Below are positions 1 through 7,856 of a stretch of 34,383 nucleotides of DNA, piece by piece; the first letter of the stretch is position 1; each line of letters starts with the position of its first letter. The notes below the pieces were generated by a model that worked only from the letters and a program-made list of their open reading frames with translations, was not told the DNA's origin and did not search any database. The DNA is from Acutalibacteraceae bacterium (GTDB lineage Bacteria > Bacillota > Clostridia > Oscillospirales > Acutalibacteraceae), in the NCBI GenBank assembly GCA_045591605.1, contig JAZNTC010000182.1, forward strand, positions 1 through 34,383. The letters run 5' to 3'. Position numbers and translations under genes: made by a program.

Positions 1-41
1 CCTTGCGGCGGGTGTTTTTTTACGTCCGAGTAGATTTACGG

Positions 42-896
42 TCAGATTGTCCCCGTGACAATCAAGGTGGCCATACCGGGAGTGGCGGTGTATTCGCCGC
101 TTTCGGGATCCTGCGTGAAGGTGGCGGCAGGGACCGGCAAAGCGCCCGGCAAGGTGGCAAACAACCCCGTCGCTTCGTCATAGGTGTATTGCACGCTCTC
201 GGTCCACACCTCGCCGTTGAATGTGACCGCAAGGTCGGTGAGGATCGGATCAAAGGTGTCGGTGACGGCGGCGTTGTCGGTGGCGACTACCGCTTCGTTC
301 CCACGGTTTTGAATCACAAAGGTGTAGGTCACGCGGTCGTTGTCTACCACCTGCGAGGGAGTGATGGATTTCGTAATCGAGAGCAACGCGACTTCGGCGG
401 CAGTCACCGTTTCCGACGCGGTGGGCTCGGTGGACAATCCGTTGCCCCGTGCGGTGACGGTGTTGGTGATGCTCCCCTCTGCCGCAGGCGAGGCAAAGGC
501 GGTGGCGCGCGCTTGATATACCAGCACCGTGTCCCCTCCGGCAGGAACGGCAATTCCCGTGAAGGTGAGCGGAGGCCCGACCGTCACGGAAGGGGCCGCT
601 TGCGGCACACCGTCCACAAACAGCGCAGCAGAGCCTTCCCGATACGCAAGCGGATAAACGGTTGCGCCTTCAAAAATATACCCCCCAAGATCGTCGGTGA
701 GGGTAATAGCAGAAAACGGGGTGGTACCCGTGTTACGCAACGTGATCACATAGGTGACAATGCCATCGGGGGTATAGGTGCCTTCCACGGCGGTTTTGGT
801 GATGGCCAGCACGTCCAGCAATTCACCGAATGCTACGTTGGAGTTGGTGGCTACACCGTTATAGGTCAAGGTTGCTTGGTTTGAAAAGATAGCCAT
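42..896 (-). CDS. Leaderless two-domain DUF11 / 'conserved repeat domain' beta-sandwich protein (284 aa)
   Basis: ORF 42..1307 trimmed to the ATG at 896 (MAIFSNQATLTYNG...), 6 nt downstream of AGGAGG (minus strand, 904-909). Two repeats of the DUF11-type pattern: LAITKTAVEG..VTYVITLRNTG and LSITKSITPS..VTYTFVIQNRGN. No signal peptide and no Cys. Confidence 0.75.
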   Translation of the reverse strand: MAIFSNQATLTYNGVATNSNVAFGELLDVLAITKTAVEGTYTPDGIVTYVITLRNTGTTPFSAITLTDDLGGYIFEGATVYPLAYREGSAALFVDGVPQAAPSVTVGPPLTFTGIAVPAGGDTVLVYQARATAFASPAAEGSITNTVTARGNGLSTEPTASETVTAAEVALLSITKSITPSQVVDNDRVTYTFVIQNRGNEAVVATDNAAVTDTFDPILTDLAVTFNGEVWTESVQYTYDEATGLFATLPGALPVPAATFTQDPESGEYTATPGMATLIVTGTI

Positions 897-917
897 ACGC
901 ATCCTCCTGTCGAGTAT

Positions 918-938
918 TGTCGGGACAACGTCCCGACA
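918..938 (-). promoter_or_regulatory. Perfect 9-3-9 inverted repeat TGTCGGGAC-aac-GTCCCGACA at the predicted transcription start / 5' UTR of the DUF11 gene
   Basis: Read directly from the sequence. Lies between the putative -10 TATACT (minus strand, 943-948) and the SD (904-909). Confidence 0.6.
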
Positions 939-942
939 CTCC

Positions 943-971
943 AGTATATGCGTATAAATAAAAAAGGACAA
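943..971 (-). promoter_or_regulatory. Putative sigma-70-type promoter of the DUF11 gene (TTGTCC-17-TATACT)
   Basis: Minus-strand -35 TTGTCC (966-971), 17-nt spacer, -10 TATACT (943-948). The -35 overlaps the folD terminator stem. Confidence 0.4.
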
Positions 972-1008
972 CGGGGCGCTCCTTGAGCGCCCCTCGTGTC
1001 CCTTTTTG
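960..1008 (-). terminator. Rho-independent terminator after folD (has T-tracts on both strands)
   Basis: Stem GGGGCGCTC (973-981) pairs with GAGCGCCCC (985-993), extended by GGACAAC / GTGTCC. Flanked by an A-run upstream and TTTTTG downstream. Confidence 0.7.
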
Positions 1009-1012
1009 TTTA

Positions 1013-1864
1013 TTAAAGACCGTTTTGCTGTTTGGCGGCGGTCAGGGTGTTTTGCATCAACATGGCGATGGTCATGGGACCCACACCGCCCGGCACAGGG
1101 GTGATGTAACCGGCGATCGGCTCTACCGCCTCGTAGTCCACGTCGCCGCACAACTTGCCGTTTTCGTCGCGGTTCATACCCACGTCGATCACGGCGGCAC
1201 CGGGTTTCACCATGTCGGCGGTGACAAACTTGGCGCGCCCCACCGCCGCCACCAGAATGTCGGCTTCGCGGCAGATGGCGGCCAGATCCTTGGTGCGCGA
1301 ATGGCACACCGTCACCGTGCCGTTTTCGTGCAACAGCAACATCGCCATCGGTTTGCCCACAATGTTACTGCGCCCGATCACCACGCAACGCTTGCCTTCG
1401 GGAGAGATGGCGGCGCTGTGCAGCAGTTCCATCACACCGGCAGGGGTGCAGGGCAGGAAGGTGTAATCCCCCACCATAATGTGCCCCACGTTTGCCACGT
1501 GGAACGCATCCACGTCTTTTTCGGGCGCAATGGCGGCGATCACCGCCTTGTCATCAATGTGACGGGGCACGGGTAACTGGCAAAGAATGCCGTTCACCGA
1601 CGGGTCGGCGTTCAGTTTGCGGATGAGCGCCAGCAATTCCTCTTCGGTCGTTTCGGCAGGCAGGGCATACTCAAACGATTGAATGCCGCACACCTCGCAC
1701 GCCTTCTTTTTGTTGTTCACATACACGCGCGACGCGCTGTCGTCGCCCACCAGAATAACGGCGAGCCCCACCGACACACCCTGCGTTTTCAACTCCGCCA
1801 CTTCGGCCGCCACGCGTTCCTTCACCGCGGCAGAAACGGCTTTACCATCAAGAATCTTCGCCAT
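1013..1864 (-). CDS. folD: Bifunctional methylenetetrahydrofolate dehydrogenase / methenyl-THF cyclohydrolase
   Basis: MAKILDGKAVSAAVKERV..., VIGRSNIVGKPMAMLL, PVPGGVGPMTIAML. ATG at 1864 preceded by GGGAGG. The upstream part of ORF 1013..2101 is a non-coding extension. Confidence 0.93.
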   Translation of the reverse strand: MAKILDGKAVSAAVKERVAAEVAELKTQGVSVGLAVILVGDDSASRVYVNNKKKACEVCGIQSFEYALPAETTEEELLALIRKLNADPSVNGILCQLPVPRHIDDKAVIAAIAPEKDVDAFHVANVGHIMVGDYTFLPCTPAGVMELLHSAAISPEGKRCVVIGRSNIVGKPMAMLLLHENGTVTVCHSRTKDLAAICREADILVAAVGRAKFVTADMVKPGAAVIDVGMNRDENGKLCGDVDYEAVEPIAGYITPVPGGVGPMTIAMLMQNTLTAAKQQNGL

Positions 1865-2867
1865 TTTCAAAAACCTCCCCCTCTTCGGCGCCGTCCAGCG
1901 CCGCCAGTTCTGCCAAATCCTCGGCAGACACACTTTCTTCTTCCGATTCCTCATCCTCGGCAGTGCCTTCCAGCACGGCGTCGGTCTCCTGCAAGGTGAT
2001 GGTGCTCTCTGCCGCCACCAAGGTTTTGGGCGAGCGGTATTGTGCGTTGCGGAACACGGTATACAGCAACAAGCCGAGCAACACCGTGAGAATTGCCACA
2101 AAGCAAGACACCTTCATTTTGCCCAACATCAAACTGTCGGTACGGGTGAGTTCAATGAAGAAGCGCCCCACACCGTACCACACGAGATACAGAGAAAAAA
2201 TCTGCCCCCTAAATTTATACGCCTTTTTGGAAAGGACGTGCAACAGCACAAACCCGAGTGCACACCACAGCGATTCATACAGGAAGGTGGGGTGCACCGG
2301 CAACGCGGTGTCGTAACCGCTGCCGTTCACGCCGGCCTGGATGATGTCGCCCGTCATGCCCCACGGCAGATCGGTGTTGCCGCCAAATGCCTCTTGGTTG
2401 AAAAAGTTGCCCCAACGACCGATGCTCTGCCCAATCAAAAAGCCGAGTGCCGCGAGATCCATCATGGAGGGCAGGTGCACCTTGCACAGTTTGCACATCA
2501 ACACGCCACACGCGAACGCGCCGATGATGCCGCCATAAATGCCGATGCCGCCTTCCCACACGTACAAAATTGTGATGGGGTTTTCAAAATAGGCGGCGCG
2601 ATCTGCGGAAAACAGCACGTAGTACAGCCGCGCCGCTGCAAAGCCGACCACGGTGCACACCAACGCCACGTCCACAACGCGATCGGGATCAATATCCAGC
2701 GATTTGGCGCGGCGCATGCCGTAGATCATGGCGAGCAAAAATCCCAGAGCAATGATCACGCCATACCATTTGATGGAGACCTCCTGATCGAACAAGGTAA
2801 ACGTTGCCAGCGTGCTGTCGATAGCAAACCGCCATCCCAGTTTCGGGAATGCAATAAAGGAATTCAT
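1848..2867 (-). CDS. lgt: Prolipoprotein diacylglyceryl transferase with an acidic C-terminal tail of about 60 aa
   Basis: GRWGNFFNQEAFG signature, multiple TM segments, ATG at 2867 after AGGAGG. The 3' end overlaps the folD start by 17 nt. Confidence 0.9.
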   Translation of the reverse strand: MNSFIAFPKLGWRFAIDSTLATFTLFDQEVSIKWYGVIIALGFLLAMIYGMRRAKSLDIDPDRVVDVALVCTVVGFAAARLYYVLFSADRAAYFENPITILYVWEGGIGIYGGIIGAFACGVLMCKLCKVHLPSMMDLAALGFLIGQSIGRWGNFFNQEAFGGNTDLPWGMTGDIIQAGVNGSGYDTALPVHPTFLYESLWCALGFVLLHVLSKKAYKFRGQIFSLYLVWYGVGRFFIELTRTDSLMLGKMKVSCFVAILTVLLGLLLYTVFRNAQYRSPKTLVAAESTITLQETDAVLEGTAEDEESEEESVSAEDLAELAALDGAEEGEVFENGEDS

Positions 2868-2917
2868 AGTATGTAACCTCCTTAAGGTTTGAATGCTCAC
2901 CCTATGTATACCGCCCG

Positions 2918-4192
2918 TCAACGGGGGCGGATAATGGACAGAACCGTGCGGTCGCGGTTCAACGAATGGGCGAGCATCTCTTCCACGTCGTGGAGAGTGA
3001 GCGATGCGGCGGCCTCCACTTCTTCAAAGGGGGCAAGATTTCGGAAATGTCCGTTCATCAATTGGTCGCCGCAAGATTCCACGTCGTTGAGCGCCATCAC
3101 GGCCGCGCCGTACAAGGCGTTGCGCACCGCCGCGAAGGCGGCAGGGTCGATTCCCTCGCGGCGCAAGCGATCCGCTTCGTCGCAAATTGCCGCCGTCACC
3201 GCATCGGGGTCGCGGCTTTCGCCGCCAAACAGGAAGGCGGCATAACCCGGGCCGTCAAACAACTCCATTCCGAAACTGTGGTTGATCAACCCGTCTTTCA
3301 TCAAACGCGTGTACAACGGGGAGGAATGCCCTGCCAAGATTTCCAGCAACGCACCGCCGGCAATCGCCTCTTTGGCGGTGAGTGGTGCGGTGCCGCTCAT
3401 CGGGTGTTTGAATCCGAAATAGAACAGTGGTGCCGCCACCGTCATGCGCTCTTCAATGCGCGGTGTGCCCACCTCGCACGGCTCGTGCGGATCGGGACGG
3501 GTGAGATTCCACGGGGGGGCAGGTTTCAGCAAGCGATCCGCCACCGCCAACACCTGTTCCACCGTGACATTACCTGCCACCGCCAACACCATGTTGTGCA
3601 GGTTATAAAACGCGTGATAACATCCGTACAGCAAGGCAGGGGTGATTTCGGCAATGCTTTCTACCGTGCCGGCAATGTCGGTGCGCACGGGATGGGTTTG
3701 ATACATCGAACGTAACAGGTTGAAGAACACGCGCCAACCGGGTGCATCGTCATACATACGGATTTCCTGTCCGATGATACCGCGTTCCTTTTCCACCGTT
3801 TCGTCGGTGAAATACGGTGCCTGCACAAAATCCAGCAGAATTTCGAGCGAGGGGGTGATGTCCCCCGTGCCGCTGAAAAGATAGGCGGTGCGTTCAAACG
3901 AGGTGAACGCGTTGGCGTCCGCACCGGTGGCGGCGTAACGCTGGAACGCATCGCAATCCTCGTTTTCGAACAGTTTGTGTTCCAAATAATGGGCGATACC
4001 GGCAGGCACTTCGGTGTGCTTGCCGTCCAGCATGAAGGCGGCATCAATCGACCCGTAATTCGTGCCGAACACCGCGTAATGGGATTGATACCCTTCTTTC
4101 GGCCAGACGTAGATGGCAAGCCCCGAGGGGTGGTCAATCCGCGTGACCGATTCGTTGGTGCGTGGGTTGGTAAACACGGTGCGATCAGGCAT
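2918..4192 (-). CDS. M16B zinc peptidase, catalytic subunit (HxxEH present)
   Basis: GIAHYLEHKLFE (inverted zinc motif HYLEH). ATG at 4192 overlaps the stop of the upstream gene (ATGCCTGA). Confidence 0.85.
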   Translation of the reverse strand: MPDRTVFTNPRTNESVTRIDHPSGLAIYVWPKEGYQSHYAVFGTNYGSIDAAFMLDGKHTEVPAGIAHYLEHKLFENEDCDAFQRYAATGADANAFTSFERTAYLFSGTGDITPSLEILLDFVQAPYFTDETVEKERGIIGQEIRMYDDAPGWRVFFNLLRSMYQTHPVRTDIAGTVESIAEITPALLYGCYHAFYNLHNMVLAVAGNVTVEQVLAVADRLLKPAPPWNLTRPDPHEPCEVGTPRIEERMTVAAPLFYFGFKHPMSGTAPLTAKEAIAGGALLEILAGHSSPLYTRLMKDGLINHSFGMELFDGPGYAAFLFGGESRDPDAVTAAICDEADRLRREGIDPAAFAAVRNALYGAAVMALNDVESCGDQLMNGHFRNLAPFEEVEAAASLTLHDVEEMLAHSLNRDRTVLSIIRPR

Positions 4193-5477
4193 CGGCTTCC
4201 CCTCCTTCCTCGGTTTCGCCGCTCGGCAACAGGCGAAATTCACACGCGATCTCCCACGCGGCGACCGCCGCCAAAATGCGTTCACGTGTGACGGCGGCAA
4301 TGGCATCTGCCGCCTCTTCGGGCGTTTCGGGTGCTTCGGTTGCCTCCGACAGATACCACGAAGCCAGCGACGGCTGGGAATCCCCCATCGTGCAATACTG
4401 GCTGACAAGATAGCGACGGGTGTTTTCCATGTCCTCGTCGGTAAACTCGCCCGCTTTCAAAAGGGCGAGTTGACGTTCAATCTCGGCACGGGCGGCAGGA
4501 ATCTTTTCCGCCTCCACACCGCTGTCGATCATGCCGACACCTTTCAAGCGGTCAAACGACGAGGCGCAGTAATAGCAAAGACTTAACTTTTCGCGCACGG
4601 TGCAAAACAACATGGAAAAGGCGGTGCCGCCGAACAGGGCGCTTGCCATACGCGTTGCCGGCACGTCCAATTCCTCGGCGGTGCTCACCAGTCCCAGCAC
4701 CATTTTGCCCTGTGCCACCGCCATACGCTCTTCGCTGTCGAGACGTTCTCCTGTCATAATGTGACGCGTCAACACGGGGGTGAAGGGGGTGCGCTCGATC
4801 GCGCAGAAACCCTCCACAAACGGGGCGGCCACCGCTTCGGGGTCGCCGTTGCCTTGATAAATAATCTGCACACGAGCGGTACGCAACATGGCTTTCCACG
4901 CGGCGGTCACGTCGGCGGCGGAAAGTGCGGTCACCGATTCCTCCGTGCCGTACAGACGCACCGCAAACGGTTCGCCTCGGCACAGCAGTTCCATGCAACG
5001 GGCACGCGCATAGGTGCGCTTGTTATTGATTTCGGCGCGGATGGTCTCCACCAAGCAACGCCGTTCTTCTTCCATATCTTCGGCGCGAAACACCCCGTTT
5101 TCCAACACAGGCTCAAACAGCATGTCGCGCAACAGGGCGGCACACTGCGCCGCCACCGCCTCCCCATTCAGGGCAAAGCGGTCGTCCAGACAGGTCATCT
5201 GCAAAAAGAGGGAATGGGATTCCCCTGCACGCCCCACACCGGCGGAAAGGTGCGCACCGTACAAACGGTCCAACTCGCGTTTCAGTTCAGGAAAGGTGGG
5301 AAACCGACGGCTGCCGCGCCGCAACAAAAATGGCACCATCGCCTGCGCCGCCGCTACCTCTTCGGACAGCGGCATCAGCAGTTGCACCGTGAGAGAGGCG
5401 GTTTTAAACCGCCCTTCGGTATCGGGAATGGCGATCACGCGCAATCCCGCGGAAGGTTCCAATACCCTAATCGACAA
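4185..5477 (-). CDS. M16B peptidase-like partner subunit lacking HxxEH (probably non-catalytic)
   Basis: Insulinase-fold-like sequence with no HxxEH anywhere. TTG start at 5477, 8 nt after AAGGAGG. Translationally coupled to the downstream catalytic subunit. Confidence 0.75.
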   Translation of the reverse strand: MSIRVLEPSAGLRVIAIPDTEGRFKTASLTVQLLMPLSEEVAAAQAMVPFLLRRGSRRFPTFPELKRELDRLYGAHLSAGVGRAGESHSLFLQMTCLDDRFALNGEAVAAQCAALLRDMLFEPVLENGVFRAEDMEEERRCLVETIRAEINNKRTYARARCMELLCRGEPFAVRLYGTEESVTALSAADVTAAWKAMLRTARVQIIYQGNGDPEAVAAPFVEGFCAIERTPFTPVLTRHIMTGERLDSEERMAVAQGKMVLGLVSTAEELDVPATRMASALFGGTAFSMLFCTVREKLSLCYYCASSFDRLKGVGMIDSGVEAEKIPAARAEIERQLALLKAGEFTDEDMENTRRYLVSQYCTMGDSQPSLASWYLSEATEAPETPEEAADAIAAVTRERILAAVAAWEIACEFRLLPSGETEEGGEADA

Positions 5478-5615
5478 ACGTATGACCTCCTTATGATCAT
5501 ATACAACGGTAGTATATCACACATTTTGCCCCGTGAAAAGAGAAAAATGCCATATTTTTACGGCTTGGTTGATTTTTGCACAATATGCTGTGAAGAAAAA
5601 TAGTTAAACGGCTAA

Positions 5616-5636
5616 CAATCGGCAGATTGCCGATTG
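5616..5636 (+). promoter_or_regulatory. Perfect 9-3-9 palindrome CAATCGGCA-gat-TGCCGATTG overlapping the -35 box; candidate MarR operator
   Basis: Read directly. The right arm overlaps TTGAAA (5634-5639). Confidence 0.6.
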
Positions 5637-5663
5637 AAAACCACCCTCTCCTTTTGATATAAT
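5634..5663 (+). promoter_or_regulatory. Promoter of the marR-ABC operon: TTGAAA-18-TATAAT with extended -10 (TGaTATAAT)
   Basis: -35 at 5634-5639, TG at 5655-5656, -10 at 5658-5663, about 28 nt upstream of the marR SD/ATG. Confidence 0.65.
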
Positions 5664-5691
5664 AAAGAACGATGAAAAAGGAGGTGTCGCC

Positions 5692-6123
5692 ATGGGCGCA
5701 CAGGAGACCGATCGCAAACTGCACGGGTTTATGCGGTATCACCGACGGGTGATGCAACGCTTTTTTTCGGAGTGCGGCATGTTCAACGGGCATCCGTTCA
5801 TGCTGTTTTTGATTCGCCGCGAGCCGGGCATCACACCGGCCGACATTGCACGGCGGATGGAGATCACGCCGGCATCCGCCACCGTGTCGCTCAAGCGGAT
5901 GGAGGCGGCAGGCTTGCTTCGCCGCACGGCAGATGAGGCCGATCGCCGCGTGGTGCATCTCACCCTCACCCCCGAAGGCGAGCGGTTAGACGACCGTTGC
6001 CGCGCGGAACGCGACCGCGTGGTGGAGGCGACCTTCCGCGACTTCACCGCCGAGGAACTGGCGTTGTTAGACGGCTTTTTGGATCGTATGTATGAGAATT
6101 TGAAGGAGGCAGAGCACGCGTGA
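5692..6123 (+). CDS. MarR-family transcriptional regulator
   Basis: 143 aa. Winged-HTH region ITPADIARRMEITPASATVSLKRMEAAGLLRRTADEADRRVVHLTLTPEG. AAAGGAGG SD. Confidence 0.85.
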   Translation: MGAQETDRKLHGFMRYHRRVMQRFFSECGMFNGHPFMLFLIRREPGITPADIARRMEITPASATVSLKRMEAAGLLRRTADEADRRVVHLTLTPEGERLDDRCRAERDRVVEATFRDFTAEELALLDGFLDRMYENLKEAEHA

Positions 6124-7856
6124 AACGGTGGATGAAATATGTCAAGCCCTACTGGCCGTCCTTTGTGCTGGGGCCGCTGTGCATGATCGTGGAAGTGATC
6201 GGCGAAGTGTTGATGCCGCGATATTTGGCAAACATCATCAACATGGGCAAAGCCGGCACTCTGACGGTGGAACACGGCATTTGGCAAGCGGTGCTGATGG
6301 TGGTGACCGCGCTGTTGATGATGGCAGGCGGCGTGGGCGGCGCGTGGTTTGGCGCCAAAGCATCGGTCAACTTTGCCGCCGATCTGCGGCAGGATGTGTA
6401 TGCCCGCGTGCAGACCTTCTCGTTTGCCAATATCGATAAATTCAGCACGGGTTCGCTGGTCACTCGCCTCACCAACGACGTGACCCAGTTGCAGAACTTT
6501 GTGAATATGCTGTTGCGCATGTTTTTGCGCGCACCCGGCATGTTGATCGGTGCGCTGATCATGGCGATCAGCCTGCGCCCCTCGCTTGCCACCGTGTTTG
6601 CGGTGTCGGTGCCGTTAATGTTGATTGCTATCGTGTTCATTATCCGCACCGGTTTTTCCCGTTTTGCCGCCATGCAAACACGCATTGACGGGCTGAACAA
6701 CACGGTGCAGGAAAACATCACCAACGTGCGCGTGGTGAAATCCTTTGTGCGTGAAGAGCACGAAAGTGACAAGTTCGGCGCCGCCAACCGCGAATTGAAA
6801 CGCGCCGGTATGTCCGCCATGCGCGTGATGATTTTTATGCAACCCGTGATGACGCTGTTTATGAACCTCACCACCGCCGCCGTGCTGTGGCTGGGCGGTA
6901 ATATGGTGCTGTCGGATGGTATGCCCATCGGCGATCTGTCCGCGTTTATCACCTACGTCAGCCAGATCTTGTTTTCGCTGATGATGGTGACCATGATGCT
7001 GATGAACTCGTCGCGTGCGCTGGCTTCGGCGCGTCGTATCCGTGAGGTGCTGAACGAAAAAACCGACATTGCCGACACCGCCACCAAAGACCACCGTGTG
7101 ACAAACGGGCGTATCGAGTTTAAGGGGGTAGGTTTTCGCTATTATAAAAACAGCGAAGAGCCCGTTTTGCGGAGCGTTGATCTGACATTCAACGCAGGGG
7201 AAACGGTGGGCATCATCGGCTCGACCGGTTGCGGCAAAACCACTCTGGTGTCTCTGATTCCGCGGTTGTACGATGTGGACGAGGGCGCGGTGCTGGTGGA
7301 CGGCGTGGATGTGCGCGACTATCCGTTGCACGCCTTGCGCGACGGCATCGGCATGGTGTTGCAAAAGAACGTGCTGTTTTCGGGCTCGGTGGCGTATAAC
7401 CTGCGCTGGGGCGACGAAGAGGCGAGCGATGAGGAGATGATCGCCGCCGCCTGTCACGCGCAGGCGGACGGCTTTGTGCGCACCTTCAAAGAGGGATATG
7501 ACACCGTTATCGACCAGGGCGGCGCGAATGTATCGGGCGGCCAAAAACAGCGGTTGTGCATTGCGCGCGCTCTGCTGAAACGCCCGAAAATCCTGATTTT
7601 GGACGATTCCACCAGCGCGGTGGACACCGCCACCGAAGCGCAAATTCGCCGTGCGTTTGCCGAGGAATTGAACGATTCCACCAAGATCATCATTGCCCAG
7701 CGCATCTCCTCCGTGATGGAAGCGGATCAGATCGTGGTGATGGACGATGGCGCGGTGGTGGACGTGGGCACCCACGACGAGTTGCTCGCGCGGTGCGAAA
7801 CCTACGGCGAGATCTATTATTCGCAGATGGAAAAGGAGGCGAAGGGGTGTGGCTAA
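6120..7856 (+). CDS. ABC exporter permease/ATPase, subunit with degenerate nucleotide-binding site
   Basis: Six-TM domain plus NBD. Walker A GSTGCGKTT, signature VSGGQKQR, Walker B ILILDDSTSAVD (Asp in place of the catalytic Glu), switch IIAQR (Gln in place of His). GTG start overlaps the marR stop (GTGA). Confidence 0.88.
   Translation: MKRWMKYVKPYWPSFVLGPLCMIVEVIGEVLMPRYLANIINMGKAGTLTVEHGIWQAVLMVVTALLMMAGGVGGAWFGAKASVNFAADLRQDVYARVQTFSFANIDKFSTGSLVTRLTNDVTQLQNFVNMLLRMFLRAPGMLIGALIMAISLRPSLATVFAVSVPLMLIAIVFIIRTGFSRFAAMQTRIDGLNNTVQENITNVRVVKSFVREEHESDKFGAANRELKRAGMSAMRVMIFMQPVMTLFMNLTTAAVLWLGGNMVLSDGMPIGDLSAFITYVSQILFSLMMVTMMLMNSSRALASARRIREVLNEKTDIADTATKDHRVTNGRIEFKGVGFRYYKNSEEPVLRSVDLTFNAGETVGIIGSTGCGKTTLVSLIPRLYDVDEGAVLVDGVDVRDYPLHALRDGIGMVLQKNVLFSGSVAYNLRWGDEEASDEEMIAAACHAQADGFVRTFKEGYDTVIDQGGANVSGGQKQRLCIARALLKRPKILILDDSTSAVDTATEAQIRRAFAEELNDSTKIIIAQRISSVMEADQIVVMDDGAVVDVGTHDELLARCETYGEIYYSQMEKEAKGCG

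Noticed and set aside
1-41. Possible terminator (…GCGGCGGGTG followed by TTTTTTT) at the left edge, downstream of the DUF11 gene.
   Set aside because: Only half of the presumed hairpin lies inside the window, so the structure cannot be verified.
1865-2101. N-terminal extensions of track ORFs: folD to 2101, M16 to 4408, lgt to 2921, GT4 to 19215, PAP2 to 31650, ABC subunit 2 from 7747, rnfE-like from 22735, tadA from 17352, capD-like from 31548.
   Set aside because: In each case an internal ATG, GTG or TTG with a canonical AGGAGG-type SD coincides with the start of family homology. The extension overlaps the upstream gene or has non-coding-like composition.
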